From NCBI GenBank assembly GCA_046726415.1, contig JBKPAK010000315.1, forward strand, positions 1 through 10,375: 10,375 nt of DNA, in the 5' to 3' direction. Positions within the stretch are counted from its first letter, which is position 1; every line of letters starts with the position of its first letter. The position numbers and the translations under genes are program-made. Below, one piece after another: positions 7,509 through 10,375 of the stretch. The notes under the pieces were generated by a model that was not told the DNA's origin, ran no database searches, and worked only from the letters and a program-made list of their open reading frames with translations. This DNA is from Candidatus Methylomirabilota bacterium. GTDB taxonomy: Bacteria > Methylomirabilota > Methylomirabilia > Rokubacteriales > CSP1-6.

Positions 7509-7539
7509 AGATACTAAACACAAGTTTAGTCTCTGTCAA
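7509..7539 (-). promoter_or_regulatory. Sigma70 promoter overlapped by a palindromic operator (LexA-like)
   Basis: Minus strand TTGACA (7539-7534) - 17 nt - TAGTAT (7516-7511). Inverted repeat AGATACTAAAC-acaa-GTTTAGTCTCT (7509-7534, 11-bp arms, 1 mismatch) in an AT-rich island. Confidence 0.8.
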
Positions 7540-7687
7540 GCCCGTCGGCGTGCGGCGGCGAGCCCGTGCCTTCGCCTATGATCCCTCGGAATCCTGGGCG
7601 CCGCCTACGCCTCTTCAAGGTGGAGGATTCTCGCGGAGCAGCCCGGAGCGCGGCCCGGTTGCGTCGGGTCGGGAAAGTCGGTGAGTT

Positions 7688-7709
7688 TGGGGCCCTTTCG
7701 AGGCCCCCA
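7688..7709 (-). other. GC hairpin with GAAA loop directly after the Fis-like gene stop (REP-like or terminator)
   Basis: Minus strand TGGGGGCCTC-GAAA-GGGCCCCA; no U-tract. Confidence 0.4.
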
Positions 7710-8015
7710 TCAAAGTCTGATTCCGTTCGTGCGGCGCGCAGCGCGCGGCAACGGAAGCTCCAGCTCGCGGCAGCGCTTGCGCAGCGTATTGCGATTGAGC
7801 CCGAGGAGACGGGCGGCGCGAAGCTGGTTACCGCCCGTCACCGTGAGCACGTGGGCCAGCAGCGGGCGCTCGAGCAATGCCAGGGCCGCGCGGTACACGT
7901 TCCCGGGCCGCGAGGTCGCAAGCTGGTCGATGAGTGGTGGAATGGCACTAGTGATCAGACGCGTCAGCGCGGGCAAGGTGCCCGCGCCCTCGCCACGGTC
8001 AAGTTCTTCTGCCAC
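7710..8015 (-). CDS. Stand-alone Fis/NtrC-type helix-turn-helix protein (HTH_8)
   Basis: NVYRAALALLERPLLAHVLTVTGGNQLRAARLLGLNRNTLRKR matches the Fis and NtrC C-terminal dimerisation/DNA-binding domain. GTG start preceded by GAGG; no AAA+ or receiver domain. Confidence 0.85.
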   Translation of the reverse strand: MAEELDRGEGAGTLPALTRLITSAIPPLIDQLATSRPGNVYRAALALLERPLLAHVLTVTGGNQLRAARLLGLNRNTLRKRCRELELPLPRAARRTNGIRL

Positions 8016-8043
8016 AGGGTCGCCTCACCGCTTCGCGCCGCGA

Positions 8044-8307
8044 TCAGTAGGTCAGTGAGAGTCCGACGCTTCCGATCGGGATGAAGCCGATTTTGAGATC
8101 TTTCTTCTCGATTGGGCCGGTCCTGTCCTGGGCGATGGCTCGGGCCGCCTCCATCGGGAACACAGAGGCCAGTGCCGAGGTGGCCGTCGTCGCTCCGACG
8201 CGCCGGATAAAACTCCCGGCGACCGATCTCCCGCCAAAGACGGCGTGCTCGATCGATCGCTCTATGAGCCCATCCAGCGGCACCGCCTTGGCCCGGTGCT
8301 CCGCCAT
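8044..8307 (-). pseudogene. Truncated NrtA/CmpA/CynA-family (nitrate/cyanate/bicarbonate) ABC substrate-binding protein, N-terminus only
   Basis: SD AAAGGAGGAGG before ATG8307. ...ALASVFPMEAARAIAQDRTGPIEKKDLKIGFIPI is the family N-terminus; similarity ends at ~8074 and a stop follows 9 codons later. A Tat-like EIGRREF is present in a shifted frame at ~8231-8210. Confidence 0.8.
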
Positions 8308-8360
8308 CCCTCCTCCTTTGCGTCCGCCGCCATCGGCGCGAGTGGCGTCGCCCGGATCAG

Positions 8361-8375
8361 GCAAGGACTATGCCG
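8361..8375 (-). promoter_or_regulatory. Sigma54 (-24/-12) promoter
   Basis: Minus strand CGGCAT-AGTCC-TTGC, GG-N10-GC spacing, ~55 nt upstream of ATG8307. Confidence 0.75.
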
Positions 8376-8451
8376 CAGATTAGCTATCTGATCAGATCAA
8401 CGATCATGCGGATTTGGGCTTGATCGGAGGGCGCCCGGCGTGCCGGTAATC

Positions 8452-8578
8452 TGCTGTTAACGCAGGCAGCCCTCGGTGCCTGCTTAATGAGATGGCACCG
8501 CGATCGGCTGATCTTGCCTCGTCGGCGGCAAGCGCAAAGATCGGGCAGTACATCCTGGCGCTGCCGGTCTCCCAGGCA
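8452..8578. promoter_or_regulatory. Four 17-bp NtrC-type enhancer-like sites in two pairs
   Basis: TGCTGTTAACGCAGGCA (8452-8468), TGCTTAATGAGATGGCA (8481-8497), AGCGCAAAGATCGGGCA (8531-8547), TGCCGGTCTCCCAGGCA (8562-8578). All fit (T)GC-N11-GCA; within-pair spacing is 29 and 31 bp. Confidence 0.55.
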
Positions 8579-8631
8579 AACGGACCGGTGATTCTCGCCC
8601 AGATCCGAGCACTTCTGCGGGGATACGCTTC

Positions 8632-8646
8632 GGGCACAGCTCTTGC
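8632..8646 (+). promoter_or_regulatory. Sigma54 (-24/-12) promoter, divergent
   Basis: GGGCAC-AGCTC-TTGC, GG-N10-GC spacing, one mismatch to TGGCAC-N5-TTGC. Confidence 0.65.
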
Positions 8647-8886
8647 CACCCCTACACCGCGCGACTCATCGCATCCACGCCGAGGCCGGGCGCCAAGCTC
8701 GCTGATCTCATGCCGATCCCCGGCTCGGTGCCTGACTTGCGCCGGCCGCTGCCCCCGGGCCGGTATCGCGCTCGCTGCGAGCGCGTGCTGCCGCAGTGCG
8801 ACGCGGCGCCGCTGCCGCGGGTCGACGTGACTCCGCTCCACCGAGTGGCCTGCCATCATCCGCTCGGAGACGCCACTGCGGCATGA
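8647..8886 (+). pseudogene. C-terminal remnant (oligo_HPY domain) of an OppD/DppD-type ABC ATPase; not in the ORF track
   Basis: Frame reads HPYTARLIASTPRPGAKLADLMPIPGSVPDLRRPLPPGRYRARCERVLPQCDAAPLPRVDVTPLHRVACHHPLGDATAA*. No Walker A/B upstream; the position of the first Cys of the 4-Cys motif reads Gly. Confidence 0.85.
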
Positions 8887-8917
8887 CGCCACGGCGACGC
8901 AGGGATGCCATCGCCGC

Positions 8918-9940
<1,023 letters not shown>

Positions 9941-10023
9941 TGAGACCCGAGCGGGAGAGCGCGCGCACGTAGCAGCCGCGGGCCGCGCCACCCGCCGCCT
10001 CGTTCCGGCGCCCTCGATACGCC

Positions 10024-10375
10024 TCAGAACGGAGGGCGCGCGCCCTCCGGCAACGCCACGTCGAACGCCGAGAGCACGCCGGCGATCAGCCGGTAGTGCC
10101 CGACCAGGGCCACCAGCTCGATCAACCCCGGTGTCCCCAGCGCTCGCTGCACCTCCTCCTGAAGCGCCGACGGGATGGATTCGAAGGCGAGGACGTGCTG
10201 GACCAGACGGGCTGGGTGAAGGTAGCGCGCGGGGAGCATGGCGAGATCGCCCCGCGTGCGCACGCGCTCGATGACCTCATCGGACAACCCCTCGCGTTGC
10301 CCGATCGGCGCATGCGCGAACCACTCGTACGGCTGGCCCACGGTGCGGGCGGTGATGAGGATGGCCAGCTCCCGG
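10024..10375 (-). CDS. Carboxymuconolactone decarboxylase/AhpD-like family protein, C-terminal part (5' end outside window)
   Basis: Frame is open to the right edge: RELAILITARTVGQPYEWFAHAPIGQREGLS...LGTPGLIELVALVGHYRLIAGVLSAFDV. Confidence 0.8.
   Translation of the reverse strand, partial: RELAILITARTVGQPYEWFAHAPIGQREGLSDEVIERVRTRGDLAMLPARYLHPARLVQHVLAFESIPSALQEEVQRALGTPGLIELVALVGHYRLIAGVLSAFDVALPEGARPPF

Noticed and set aside
7566..8084. 172-aa plus-strand ORF
   Set aside because: Antisense to the well-supported Fis-like HTH gene; Arg-rich, with no motif.
8355..8605. Replication origin suggested by GATC clustering
   Set aside because: No DnaA boxes (TTATCCACA-like), extended AT-rich unwinding element or replication genes seen.

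Overview
GC-rich bacterial DNA. Gene style and intergenic repeats are reminiscent of Methylomirabilota/Rokubacteria, but this is recollection and unverified. Left half, cell-envelope glycan genes: a frameshifted alpha/beta-hydrolase (-), divergent from a DUF4015-type putative glycoside hydrolase and a coupled CE4 polysaccharide deacetylase (+). These converge on a secreted serine-hydrolase::NamZ (DUF1343) fusion (-), separated by a degenerate ~47-bp hairpin tandem-repeat array. Middle: an NDUFA9-like SDR and a 146-aa hypothetical protein with a MinD-like C-terminal membrane helix. The latter overlaps tail-to-tail with a 96-aa protein that ends in an ssrA-like ALAA and is driven by a near-consensus sigma70 promoter covered by a LexA-like palindrome. 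Right: two divergent sigma54 promoters with four NtrC-type enhancer-like sites. On one side are a truncated NrtA/CmpA/CynA-type binding-protein gene and a stand-alone Fis/NtrC HTH gene. On the other are an OppD C-terminal remnant and an orphan OppF-type ATPase. A partial CMD/AhpD-like gene lies at the right edge. Four genes look leaderless. No rRNA, tRNA, CRISPR or transposase was recognised.
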